Assembly (NCBI GenBank): GCA_036381415.1
Contig: DASVCV010000001.1
Location: 1,411-65,410, forward strand
DNA from: Patescibacteria group bacterium
GTDB lineage: Bacteria; Patescibacteriota; Microgenomatia; UBA8517
DNA: 64,000 nucleotides
Direction of reading: 5' to 3'
A program made the translations under genes and the position numbers. How positions within the stretch are numbered: position 1 is the first letter of the stretch; each line of letters begins with the position of its first letter. Of this stretch, positions 38,478 to 47,316 are shown piece by piece. The notes beneath the pieces were generated by a model, which made no database searches, was not told where the DNA came from, and saw only the letters and a program-made list of their open reading frames with translations.

Positions 38478-39497
38478 TTAGATTACTACTCTAAAGGTAG
38501 ATCCTTCGGATATTTTACTTTTAACTTCAATTTTTCCTTTATGAAGGTCTACTATATTTTTGGCAATAGATAATCCTAATCCATATCCATCTACTTTTTC
38601 TTTACTGCGTGATGCATCAGCTCTATAGAATCTGTCAAAAATATGCGGGATATCTTTTTCTCTCATCCCTCTTCCAAAATCTTTTACTTCAAGTACGGAG
38701 TGGTTTGCCGCTTTAGCAGTTCTTACAATAATTTTTGAATTATTACTGCTGTATTTGATTGCATTGTCTAAAAGTATGACTGTAAGTTCTACAAGAGATT
38801 CTTTGTTTGCTTCTACATATACCTTATTTAATTTTTTCTCGATTGTTATGTTTTTTGTATCTAGTAAAGGAAGGACCCTTTTAATTGCAATCGCTGCAAC
38901 ATCTGCAAGATTAACTTTAGAGAAAGGAAAAGAAGAAGAGTTGGCTTGATATTTATTTAAAGTAAGAAGGTAGTTGGCTAGGCTTTGGATTTTATTTACT
39001 TCCTCTAAGTTACTTGTGAGAACCTCTCTTGCCTCAACTATTTTCATTTTTTTGTCTCTTAAAGACACTTCAATTTCTGATTTTAAAGCAGAAAGAGGTG
39101 TGCGAAGTTCATGGGAAGCATCAGCAGTAAATCTTTTTTGCTCTTCCATCATATTTTCAATGGGAAGAAGTGTTCTTCCAGCCAAAAAGTAGCCTGCAAA
39201 TCCAGAAGCTGCAATAACTGCAAAGTCTATTGCTACAATTGCTAAGGCCAAACGTTTTTCTGATTCCTCAATGACTCTGTTTTCTTCATCTATCATTTGC
39301 TGAATCTGAGTGGGAGTTAAAGTAAAGATTGCTTCAGGAAAAAAAGGGAGATTTCCTGATCTTATTGTTTCTACTCTTACTATCCTCCCTATTTCATGGG
39401 AGAGCATGTTGTAAATTGCAAAGGAAAAAAGTCCTGTGATAACAGCAATAATTACAAGATACCAGAGAGTTAATCTAATACGGGCTGATCTAAACAT
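38478..39497 (-). CDS. Sensor histidine kinase
   Basis: 2 TM; DASHELRTP, LDNAIKY, D.G.G, FDRFYR, GYGLGLSI. Confidence 0.95.
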   Translation of the reverse strand: MFRSARIRLTLWYLVIIAVITGLFSFAIYNMLSHEIGRIVRVETIRSGNLPFFPEAIFTLTPTQIQQMIDEENRVIEESEKRLALAIVAIDFAVIAASGFAGYFLAGRTLLPIENMMEEQKRFTADASHELRTPLSALKSEIEVSLRDKKMKIVEAREVLTSNLEEVNKIQSLANYLLTLNKYQANSSSFPFSKVNLADVAAIAIKRVLPLLDTKNITIEKKLNKVYVEANKESLVELTVILLDNAIKYSSNNSKIIVRTAKAANHSVLEVKDFGRGMREKDIPHIFDRFYRADASRSKEKVDGYGLGLSIAKNIVDLHKGKIEVKSKISEGSTFRVVI

Positions 39498-40178
39498 CTA
39501 TTTCCTACTTCCTAATCTATATCCAAACCCTCTTACAGTATGAATTAAAGGGACTGAATTTTTAAATGGTCCATCAATCTTTTTTCTTAAGTATCCAATA
39601 TATACTTCCACATTATTTGGAAGAATATCAGCATCATAGTCCCAAACATGGGAAATAATTTGCTCTTTGGTAACAGTCTCACCAGGATGCCTTAAAAGAT
39701 ATTCCAAAAGGGAAAACTCTTTACTGGAAAGATCAATATGTTTGCCTTCTCTTTTTACTTCATAATTTGTTGTATTTAAGCTTAAGCCATCTACTAAGAG
39801 AGTTGTTCCAAGTAAATCTTTTGGACGGCGTGTTAAGGCTCTTACTCTTGCCAGAAGTTCTTCAAAGGCAAAGGGTTTAACTAAATAGTCATCGGCTCCA
39901 GCATCCAAGCCTTCGACCCTATCTTCAATAGCTCCTTTAGCAGTAAGCATTAAAATTGGAGTGTGCTTTTTTTCTTTTCTTAATTTTTTACAAATCTCAA
40001 CACCATCAAGCCTAGGCAGCAGCCTATCTAAAATAATAGCGTCATATTCTTCTACCAAAGCAAGGTCTAGGCCGTCAGTGCCCTCGTATGCAACATCCAC
40101 TGCATAATGCTCCTGCATGAGTCCCTTCTTAATAGAATTTGCAATTTTGTGCTCGTCTTCAACTACTAATATTCTCAT
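39498..40178 (-). CDS. OmpR/PhoB family response regulator
   Basis: VVEDE, LD..LP.LDG, GADDYL.KPF, wHTH ending TVRGFGY. Confidence 0.96.
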   Translation of the reverse strand: MRILVVEDEHKIANSIKKGLMQEHYAVDVAYEGTDGLDLALVEEYDAIILDRLLPRLDGVEICKKLRKEKKHTPILMLTAKGAIEDRVEGLDAGADDYLVKPFAFEELLARVRALTRRPKDLLGTTLLVDGLSLNTTNYEVKREGKHIDLSSKEFSLLEYLLRHPGETVTKEQIISHVWDYDADILPNNVEVYIGYLRKKIDGPFKNSVPLIHTVRGFGYRLGSRK

Positions 40179-40216
40179 GGGGTTTCTTCCTTTGAGGCTA
40201 TTATAACTTATTTAGA

Positions 40217-40233
40217 CTGAGAGGCGGCTGAGA
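40217..40233 (-). promoter_or_regulatory. Autoregulatory box upstream of the response regulator
   Basis: Minus strand TCTCAG-CCGCC-TCTCAG, 11 nt above TATAAT. Confidence 0.75.
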
Positions 40234-40295
40234 ATGAGCTTTTTATTAAAAGTGGATTTTTCTATTTTTTATTTAATGCAATTATGTGTATATAC

Positions 40296-41570
40296 TTATA
40301 AAGAAAACTTTTCAAAATGGATATTTGAGTTAGGTACCCCTAGTGCAATCAGGTCTTTAGTTACTGCATCCATCATGGGTACTGGTCCACACATCATTAC
40401 TTCATAATCTTCTACATTTTTTACCAGTTTTTCTATCTTTTCTTTATTAAGATGTCCCACTTTTTGGGTAACTATGTAGTGAATAGGAAATTTATATTTA
40501 TTAGATAAACTACCAAGTTCTTTTTTGAAAACTATTTCATTTTCAGTCTTAGCACTGTAAAGAAGAATTATATTTTTACTGCCTGCCAATTCTTCTATTA
40601 AGCTTCTAATTGGAGTTATTCCAATTCCTCCTGCAATGAAGAGCACTTTGTCTTTTTTAATTCTTTTACTTGTAAAAGTTCCATATGGTCCATCAATTAT
40701 TACTTTTGTTCCTGGCTTAAGACTTGGAAGTTCACTGGTAAAGTCTCCACTATTTTTTGGAGTTATTCTAATTTTTCCATTTGCAACCTTTGAAAGAGAA
40801 AAAGGATGAGACTGGTACCAAAACTTTGGTGTTAGAAAATTAAACTTCATGAACTGTCCAGGATTTACATGGAATGATTCCATGTCTTTTCCTGTTATGT
40901 AGATGGATACTACACCTTCATTTTCTTTAACTACCCTATCAACATAAAATTCATGAGTATAGAATTCATATATTGGTTTTAGAATTCTAAAAATTAATAA
41001 GTTGCCAAACACAAAAGCATATAGAAGATACCAATAATAGGCAAAAATAGGCTGACCTAAGAAATCTTCACCTACCCTTAATTGGTGCCCCCATGCAAAA
41101 ACAACTGCTAAGTAAACAAAAATATGTACAAAATACCAGGCTTCATATTTAATCCTGTTTCTAACTATATAAATAGAAATGAAAATTATACTTAAAAATA
41201 AAATGGCTCCAATTAGAGCTTTGTTTACATCTTCAAAGTTATTAATAAGATCAAGAAACTGTGATGTGAAATTAACCTTAGTAATTTGTGCATACCCAAT
41301 TGTTATTAGTATTGGATGAAGAAGTATAAAAACACTGGATAAGTACCCATTTAAGTGGTGATATTTTGACAGCTTGTCTAGGCCAAAAGTCTTTTCCAAC
41401 CAAGCTGCCCTTCCCATTAGTAAAAACTGAAACAAAATGGAAAGGACAGCAAGAAGACCTGACAAACGTCCAAGAGCTAGATAGACACTGCCTCCTCCTG
41501 AGTTTTTCCACCAAAAGAATAAAACTATAAAGAGGTTTAGTGCTAGAAAAGCGTAAATTAGTTTCTTCAC
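40296..41570 (-). CDS. Ferric-reductase-like transmembrane domain fused to FNR-type FAD/NAD domain
   Basis: 6 TM helices with paired His; HPFSLS, DGPYG, AGGIGITP, CGP, E.F; GTGA overlap with the cupredoxin gene. Confidence 0.9.
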   Translation of the reverse strand: MKKLIYAFLALNLFIVLFFWWKNSGGGSVYLALGRLSGLLAVLSILFQFLLMGRAAWLEKTFGLDKLSKYHHLNGYLSSVFILLHPILITIGYAQITKVNFTSQFLDLINNFEDVNKALIGAILFLSIIFISIYIVRNRIKYEAWYFVHIFVYLAVVFAWGHQLRVGEDFLGQPIFAYYWYLLYAFVFGNLLIFRILKPIYEFYTHEFYVDRVVKENEGVVSIYITGKDMESFHVNPGQFMKFNFLTPKFWYQSHPFSLSKVANGKIRITPKNSGDFTSELPSLKPGTKVIIDGPYGTFTSKRIKKDKVLFIAGGIGITPIRSLIEELAGSKNIILLYSAKTENEIVFKKELGSLSNKYKFPIHYIVTQKVGHLNKEKIEKLVKNVEDYEVMMCGPVPMMDAVTKDLIALGVPNSNIHFEKFSL

Positions 41571-42037
41571 TCCACTATCAACGTTCCTTTCATGCCAAGA
41601 CGTCTATGATTACTTACACTGCAGTAATACTCAAATGACCCTGCCTTGTCTGCAACAAATTCAATAGTATCTGATTCACCATCAGGTATTGTTTTTGTTC
41701 TGACATTAAATTCATCAATTACAAAGTCGTGGACACCATTTGAATTATTGAAAATGATTTTTACAGTATCACCTTTTTTAACCCTAATTTCATTTGGTTT
41801 AAAAAAGAAATCGCCGCCTTCTACTGTAAAGGTCTGACTTGTACCTTGAGTTGTTGCTACTGGTTGTACAGTTGAATTTGGAGTTGCAGTTGGAAGGTCT
41901 GAATTTAAAGCTGTAGGATTCGTTTCAGTTGTAGTTGTATTTGAGTTAGAACTCATCCCATTAACTAAAATAAGTCCTCCTCCAACTAAAACTATAATTA
42001 CTATAGCTATTACTATATATAAAGTTTTTTTATTCAT
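41567..42037 (-). CDS. Membrane-anchored cupredoxin
   Basis: HDF...YYCSVSNHRRLGMKG Cu ligands; SD AAGGAGGTGA. Confidence 0.85.
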   Translation of the reverse strand: MNKKTLYIVIAIVIIVLVGGGLILVNGMSSNSNTTTTETNPTALNSDLPTATPNSTVQPVATTQGTSQTFTVEGGDFFFKPNEIRVKKGDTVKIIFNNSNGVHDFVIDEFNVRTKTIPDGESDTIEFVADKAGSFEYYCSVSNHRRLGMKGTLIVE

Positions 42038-42122
42038 TTTTCACCTCCTTCCTATTGTAGTTTTTTTTGAAACCAAATTCTATATTATTTTTGAAAGCTT
42101 AGAATTAGCTGTGAAGTATTTT

Positions 42123-42170
42123 GCAATATCTGGCAACATCTGGATAAATTAGGTAATATCTGGTAAATTG
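42123..42170 (+). repeat. Degenerate 10-bp tandem repeat over the Fic promoter
   Basis: GCAATATCTG/GCAACATCTG/GATAAATTAG/GTAATATCTG/GTAAATTG. Confidence 0.6.
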
Positions 42171-42174
42171 AATT

Positions 42175-43155
42175 ATGATAATTCCTGGCAAGTATAGGCT
42201 TACACCAAGTGTTTCTTCTCTTTTGTCTTCTATTGAAGCAAGCAAGGTTGTAATTGACTCAATCACAATTCCACCTGAAATAGAAAACAATATCAGGCGT
42301 CAATCAACGCTTAGAAGCTCTGTCTACTCAGCTAGGATTGAGGGAAATGAGCTAACACTAGATAGTTTAGATTCTTCAAGCAAAAACCAGCAGAAAGTAG
42401 AAATATTTAACATTTTGAAAGCTTTAAATTTGATAAATAAAAAGTCTAAAAAGGACATTACATTACAAGATATTGTAGAACTCCACAAAATCACTCTTGA
42501 TAGCCTTCATCCTGATGCTGGTAAAGTTAGAAACCAGGCTGAAGCTATTTTTAACTCAGCTGGAATTGCAATCTATATGCCTCCCCCACCAAGACTTGTA
42601 CCATCATTTTTAAATAAACTTTTAAAGTATGTGAATAGCGACAGAGAAAGATTTGTCCCTGTTAAAGCAGCTTTGGCTCACTTTAGCTTTGAAAAAATTC
42701 ACCCTTTTGAAGAAGGAAATGGAAGAGTAGGAAGAATACTCACTCAAAAGATATTAAAACAAGGAGGATATGGAATGAAAGGGCTTTTATCTTTAGAGGA
42801 ATATCTTGATAATCACAGATCAGAATACTACAGAAGTTTGGAAGAACCTGAAAAGGATTTAACTGACTATCTTCATTTCATGCTTACTGCAATTGATGAA
42901 ACTGCAAAAAAGGCAAAAGATATGGTACTTCAAAAACAAAAGGCGGAAGTAACTGATTACTTACTTCCCAGAAGGGCTGAAATTCTAAACATTATCAAAG
43001 AGCAAAGAATGGTTAACTTTGATCAATTAAGAAGGAGATTTCTTGCCGTAAATGAAAGAACTTTAAGATATGATCTTAAAAAACTTCAAGATCAGGGGTT
43101 TATAAGAAAACTTGGATCAACTAAGGGAGTTTATTATCAAACTTCAAAGGAATAA
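42175..43155 (+). CDS. Fic family protein with C-terminal DeoR-like wHTH
   Basis: Inhibitory SARIEGN motif, HPFEEGNGRVGR, VNERTLRYDLKKL...G.I. Confidence 0.92.
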   Translation: MIIPGKYRLTPSVSSLLSSIEASKVVIDSITIPPEIENNIRRQSTLRSSVYSARIEGNELTLDSLDSSSKNQQKVEIFNILKALNLINKKSKKDITLQDIVELHKITLDSLHPDAGKVRNQAEAIFNSAGIAIYMPPPPRLVPSFLNKLLKYVNSDRERFVPVKAALAHFSFEKIHPFEEGNGRVGRILTQKILKQGGYGMKGLLSLEEYLDNHRSEYYRSLEEPEKDLTDYLHFMLTAIDETAKKAKDMVLQKQKAEVTDYLLPRRAEILNIIKEQRMVNFDQLRRRFLAVNERTLRYDLKKLQDQGFIRKLGSTKGVYYQTSKE

Positions 43156-43228
43156 TTTTTTTTTACAACGAAACTTCGTTTTACCGAGAGCTTGTAATAT
43201 TTACTAACATATATGTACAATAGTTCTT

Positions 43229-43564
43229 GTGACAAAGTACAAAGAATATATTGATAAGATGCTTGAGGAAAACAAGGTTCTTTTTGACTCCTTTAAAGAA
43301 ATCCATGACCAATATGGACTAAACCCTGACAAGTTTCAGGCTCAATTTAATGAAATGGGTGAAAAAGTAATGCTTGTTGTAAGGCACTATGAAGATAAGT
43401 TATGTAAAAGAAGTGAAGGAAGCGGCTATGCAAGCTTTACTGGAACACTAGCTGAGAAATTCCAGGTGGAATTAAGAAAAGTGTTTCCAATGATTGATAA
43501 TATTGGAATAAAAGTAAGCAGCGAAGACAATATTTTTGTTTTGAAAAAGATCAATCTAAACTAA
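43229..43564 (+). CDS. Hypothetical protein
   Basis: 111-aa ORF; TACAAT 7 nt before GTG. Confidence 0.65.
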   Translation: MTKYKEYIDKMLEENKVLFDSFKEIHDQYGLNPDKFQAQFNEMGEKVMLVVRHYEDKLCKRSEGSGYASFTGTLAEKFQVELRKVFPMIDNIGIKVSSEDNIFVLKKINLN

Positions 43565-43731
43565 AAATAAGAAACATATGTTTTAGAGGTTTTATTAGAT
43601 ATCAGGGGGAGGGCTTCTTTCTGGTTTCTCCATACTTACAGAGTACCAAGCCATCATCTATGAAATGACAGTGAAACGTAAGAACTGATTAAGAATCTTT
43701 CCATAACCTAAATTATGATAATAGAAATTCT

Positions 43732-44103
43732 TTAATACTCTGCTTTGTCTGCCTCCTCTTTAGTCTTATGGATTGTACCTTCTGGATGATGAGGTGGTGA
43801 ATACATTGTTATAATTTTCATCCCCATATCTTTACTTGATAAAAAGTTATGTCTTGTTCCCTTTTTAACTAGGACAATATCTCCTGGATTAAAATCTTCC
43901 GCAACACCATCAATAACCACTTTACCTTGTCCTTCAACTAGATATAGAACTTGATCATTATTCTCATGCACTTCTTCCCCAATTTCTCCACCTGGGTTAA
44001 TACTCATTATTACAATTTGGGTATTTGGTCCTGTTACCAAAACTTGTCTAAAAAAGGTATTGTCTTTTGCTTTTTGAGTAATGTTATTTATAATTCCATT
44101 CAT
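43732..44103 (-). CDS. Cupin domain protein
   Basis: GEIGEEVH..DQ...G.G, G.RHN, YSPPHH. Confidence 0.9.
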   Translation of the reverse strand: MNGIINNITQKAKDNTFFRQVLVTGPNTQIVIMSINPGGEIGEEVHENNDQVLYLVEGQGKVVIDGVAEDFNPGDIVLVKKGTRHNFLSSKDMGMKIITMYSPPHHPEGTIHKTKEEADKAEY

Positions 44104-44143
44104 TTTGATTACTCACCCCCTGCTTCTACTATATAATACACCT

Positions 44144-45229
44144 GTGAGCCAAAAATTTTTTAGATCTAAAAACGGGAATATCCAACTCCCGGTCTTTTTC
44201 CCAGATGCAACAAGAGCAGTTCTTAGGACTCTTGATTCAGTTGATATAAAAAACACCAAGACTCCTGGAGTTTTAGTTAACACATATCATCTATATGAAG
44301 AAATAGGCATTAAGCTTATTAAAAAACATGGAGGGATTGGCAACTTCATGAACTGGAAAGAAGGACTTATTTCAGACTCAGGAGGGTTTCAAGTGATGAG
44401 CATTGCAAAAAAAGGATCAGGAAAGATTTCTGACGAGGGGGTTATTTTTAAATCAGAGGGAGGGAAAAAAGAATTATTTACTCCTGAAATTTCTGTTTCT
44501 TTCCAGTTTCTACTTAATACTGACATGGTAGTTGTTTTAGATGAATTTACAGAACCTGGGGCAAGTTTGGAAAAAGCAAAGGAAACTGTTAGGAGAACTA
44601 TTTCTTGGGCAAAAAGAAGCAAGAAGGAATATGAAAAACAAGTAAAGCTTACAGGACGAAAGCCATACCTTCTTGGGGTGGTCCAAGGAGGAGACTATCT
44701 AGATTTAAGAAAAGAGTGTACCAAAGCATTGGTTGAAATTGGGTTTGATGGATTAGGATATGGAGGCTGGCCAATTAAGGATGATAAGACTTTTAACTAT
44801 GATGTTGCCAGAGTTATTGCAGAGAACTCACCTAGCAATTATCTGTTATATGGTTTAGGAGTTGGAAAGCCTCACGAGATAGTTGAGTGTGCAAGGATGG
44901 GATATACCATATTTGATTGTGTTCTTCCTACAAGAGACGCAAGGCATAAAAGACTGTATGTATATAATGCAAAATCAATTAAGGACATTGATATTAAGAA
45001 AAAGGATTTTTATTCATATTATGTTCCTGATAAAGAAAAATACGCTAGCCAGATAGATCCAGTAAGTTCTGCCTGTGATTGCCTACTTTGCTCTAACTAT
45101 TCAAGAAGCTATTTAGCGCATTTATTTAAAATCAAAGATGCATCTGCATTAAGGCTAGCTACAATTCACAATTTAAGATTTTATTCCATACTGATGGAAA
45201 AAATTAGAGAAGAGATTTTTAAGGAGTAA
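44144..45229 (+). CDS. tgt: tRNA-guanine transglycosylase (divergent)
   Basis: NTYHL, DSGGFQ, VQGG, FDCVLPTRDAR, CDCLLC Zn site, IHNL; GTG 44144 lies 6 nt after TATAAT. Confidence 0.9.
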   Translation: MSQKFFRSKNGNIQLPVFFPDATRAVLRTLDSVDIKNTKTPGVLVNTYHLYEEIGIKLIKKHGGIGNFMNWKEGLISDSGGFQVMSIAKKGSGKISDEGVIFKSEGGKKELFTPEISVSFQFLLNTDMVVVLDEFTEPGASLEKAKETVRRTISWAKRSKKEYEKQVKLTGRKPYLLGVVQGGDYLDLRKECTKALVEIGFDGLGYGGWPIKDDKTFNYDVARVIAENSPSNYLLYGLGVGKPHEIVECARMGYTIFDCVLPTRDARHKRLYVYNAKSIKDIDIKKKDFYSYYVPDKEKYASQIDPVSSACDCLLCSNYSRSYLAHLFKIKDASALRLATIHNLRFYSILMEKIREEIFKE

Positions 45230-45719
45230 AACTTACAAAGAAATTTATATCAGGCGGTCTAAGGTTTGATTCTTCTAAATCAGTTGCCTCAAGCTTTGTC
45301 TGAAGTGACTTTACATCTTCATCAATTTTTAAAACTGCCGAGTCTGTTGCATAACGGGAAGGAATCCCAATACCAACTGGTGTTGGGAGAGGTGTTGAAG
45401 CCTGTGGAGTTGGGGTAGGTGTAGCTTTAGGAGCTTGGGGCTTAATAGATTTTATAATACTTGCTAAAAGCAGAAGTACTATTGCAAATGCAAACACTCC
45501 CCCTCCTACTTTAAGAAGCCTTTTTTGGCTTGGGGTAAATGCAGAAAATTTATTTGAAAAGTTTGACATGGCTTGCGAGGATTTTACTTTGTCCACTAAT
45601 GACTTAATTTTTTCCTGCGGATTTGGTTGAGGCATTGAATTAAGAGTTGGGCCTTGAGGATTAGATGGCATGACGGGATTATTGGTGTTTTGATTTGGCT
45701 GATTGTTTTGATTTTCCAT
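45219..45719 (-). CDS. Hypothetical single-TM protein with P/T linker
   Basis: N/Q/P-rich N-terminus, TM, PTPTP linker. Confidence 0.6.
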   Translation of the reverse strand: MENQNNQPNQNTNNPVMPSNPQGPTLNSMPQPNPQEKIKSLVDKVKSSQAMSNFSNKFSAFTPSQKRLLKVGGGVFAFAIVLLLLASIIKSIKPQAPKATPTPTPQASTPLPTPVGIGIPSRYATDSAVLKIDEDVKSLQTKLEATDLEESNLRPPDINFFVSFTP

Positions 45720-45720
45720 A

Positions 45721-46551
45721 TTAATCTTTTGTTTTAATCTGGGTCATTATTTGTATTATTAATTTTTCTGCATCATTTAAATAGGCAAGAGATTCTTTGA
45801 GCTTGGTTTTGGCATTTTCAAATTTCTGGTCATTACTTTCACTTGCATTTTGCTCAAGAGTCATACCAGTAATTATATTTTTGGCTTCAGATTCTTTGGT
45901 TTGGCTTCTTTGTACATCATTATCTACATCTATTAGAGTTCTTTCTATCTGGGAAGTGTTTTTGTCTCCATTTGCCTTAATCTGGGCAACTTCGACTTTA
46001 ATACTTTCCACAATTCTTTGCATATTGTTTCTGTTGTCATCAATGCGTCCTGTAAAAACATCAAAAAGCCCATTATAGATAACTATTAATGTTGATGGGT
46101 AGTGGTCATATGCTTCATTGGAGTCTGCTACAAGATCATCAAGGGTAGCTGCTGAAGTAAGCTTTGTTTTATGAGCTATCCACCAAGCAACATCAGTGTC
46201 TATTTGGGAAAAAATTACGTTTTTGTCATTATCTACCAGTCCTTGGGTTTCTTTGATCCTCATTCTTAAAGCAGTAAGATAAGTTTTAACCATTTCATCT
46301 CGAGCTTGAAGCATTTTTAAAGTTGCACTTTGGGCATTTGTTTGAGCTGCCAATGTTTTAGATGAAAGATAGGCAGATCTTGCTACCTGATAGTCAGAAT
46401 AGGCAGTGTTATACAAGTCAGTGTTATAAACATAGTCAGCATATGCACGGTTGTAGTCAAATACAGGAGCTGGAGTTTGGGAGTGGATAATACCTATGTT
46501 TGCAAAGATAAATGCAAAGGCAATTAGAAGAATTAATGTTTTTTTAATCAT
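45721..46551 (-). CDS. Hypothetical secreted helical protein
   Basis: Signal peptide followed by coiled-coil sequence. Confidence 0.65.
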   Translation of the reverse strand: MIKKTLILLIAFAFIFANIGIIHSQTPAPVFDYNRAYADYVYNTDLYNTAYSDYQVARSAYLSSKTLAAQTNAQSATLKMLQARDEMVKTYLTALRMRIKETQGLVDNDKNVIFSQIDTDVAWWIAHKTKLTSAATLDDLVADSNEAYDHYPSTLIVIYNGLFDVFTGRIDDNRNNMQRIVESIKVEVAQIKANGDKNTSQIERTLIDVDNDVQRSQTKESEAKNIITGMTLEQNASESNDQKFENAKTKLKESLAYLNDAEKLIIQIMTQIKTKD

Positions 46552-46561
46552 ATAATGGTTG

Positions 46562-47218
46562 CTACTGCAGCTTTTCTAGACTTTTGACGTCTAATTCATT
46601 GTAACTCCATACAACCATGTTTGCATCCATTAAAGGTGCATCTCCCCCTTTTGCCTCATCAGCTATAGCTACAACTTTCATATGTGCTTCCTGGGCAGCT
46701 TTAATACCAGAGGGAGCATCTTCAATGACAATGCAGTTTTTGGGATCGATATCGTCTTTTCTTGCTGTTAAAAGGAAAAGGTCTGGGGAGGGTTTGAGTT
46801 CTACCACTTCTTCAGCAGTTGTTACTATATCAAATACATTTTCAAGACTAAATTTTTTAAATATTGCATCCACTATTGACCAATTGTTGGAAGTGGCAAG
46901 AGCAGTTTTGATGCTTTTTTCTTTTAATTCATTTAAAAAATCTAAAAATCCATCACGAAGGGTTACTTCCTCAATATGCTTTAAGTATTCTTCTTGTGTA
47001 AGGGCAGCCAACTCCTCTGGTTTTTTGTCAGTTTGGATATGGTATTTTTCTAACAGCCTTGGCCACTCCTTTTCAACTCCCACCCCACCTAAAAGATGAA
47101 ATGAATCATCCGGCACTCCTCCTAAGCTTTCTAGAACTGTCTTAAAAGCATTTTTATATTGCTTTTCATCATCAATAATGGTTCCATCCATGTCAAAAAT
47201 GACTAATTCTATTTTCAT
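46562..47218 (-). CDS. HAD family phosphatase (beta-PGM/CbbY-like)
   Basis: FDMDGT, ATS, KPSPD, IEDA..G; ATG 47218 (the longer ORF overlaps the yvcK-like gene). Confidence 0.92.
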   Translation of the reverse strand: MKIELVIFDMDGTIIDDEKQYKNAFKTVLESLGGVPDDSFHLLGGVGVEKEWPRLLEKYHIQTDKKPEELAALTQEEYLKHIEEVTLRDGFLDFLNELKEKSIKTALATSNNWSIVDAIFKKFSLENVFDIVTTAEEVVELKPSPDLFLLTARKDDIDPKNCIVIEDAPSGIKAAQEAHMKVVAIADEAKGGDAPLMDANMVVWSYNELDVKSLEKLQ

Positions 47219-47316
47219 AATTTTTATGATAACAAGCTTTTGCTTATTTTCATATGCCAATGATACCTTAAAATAGCTCTCCAATAAAGCTTGCAAGCTC
47301 TTGTATAATAGATATT

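Noticed and set aside
43565-43731. Small gene or sRNA in the intergenic gap
   Set aside because: Only a 16-codon minus-strand ORF and no convincing structure
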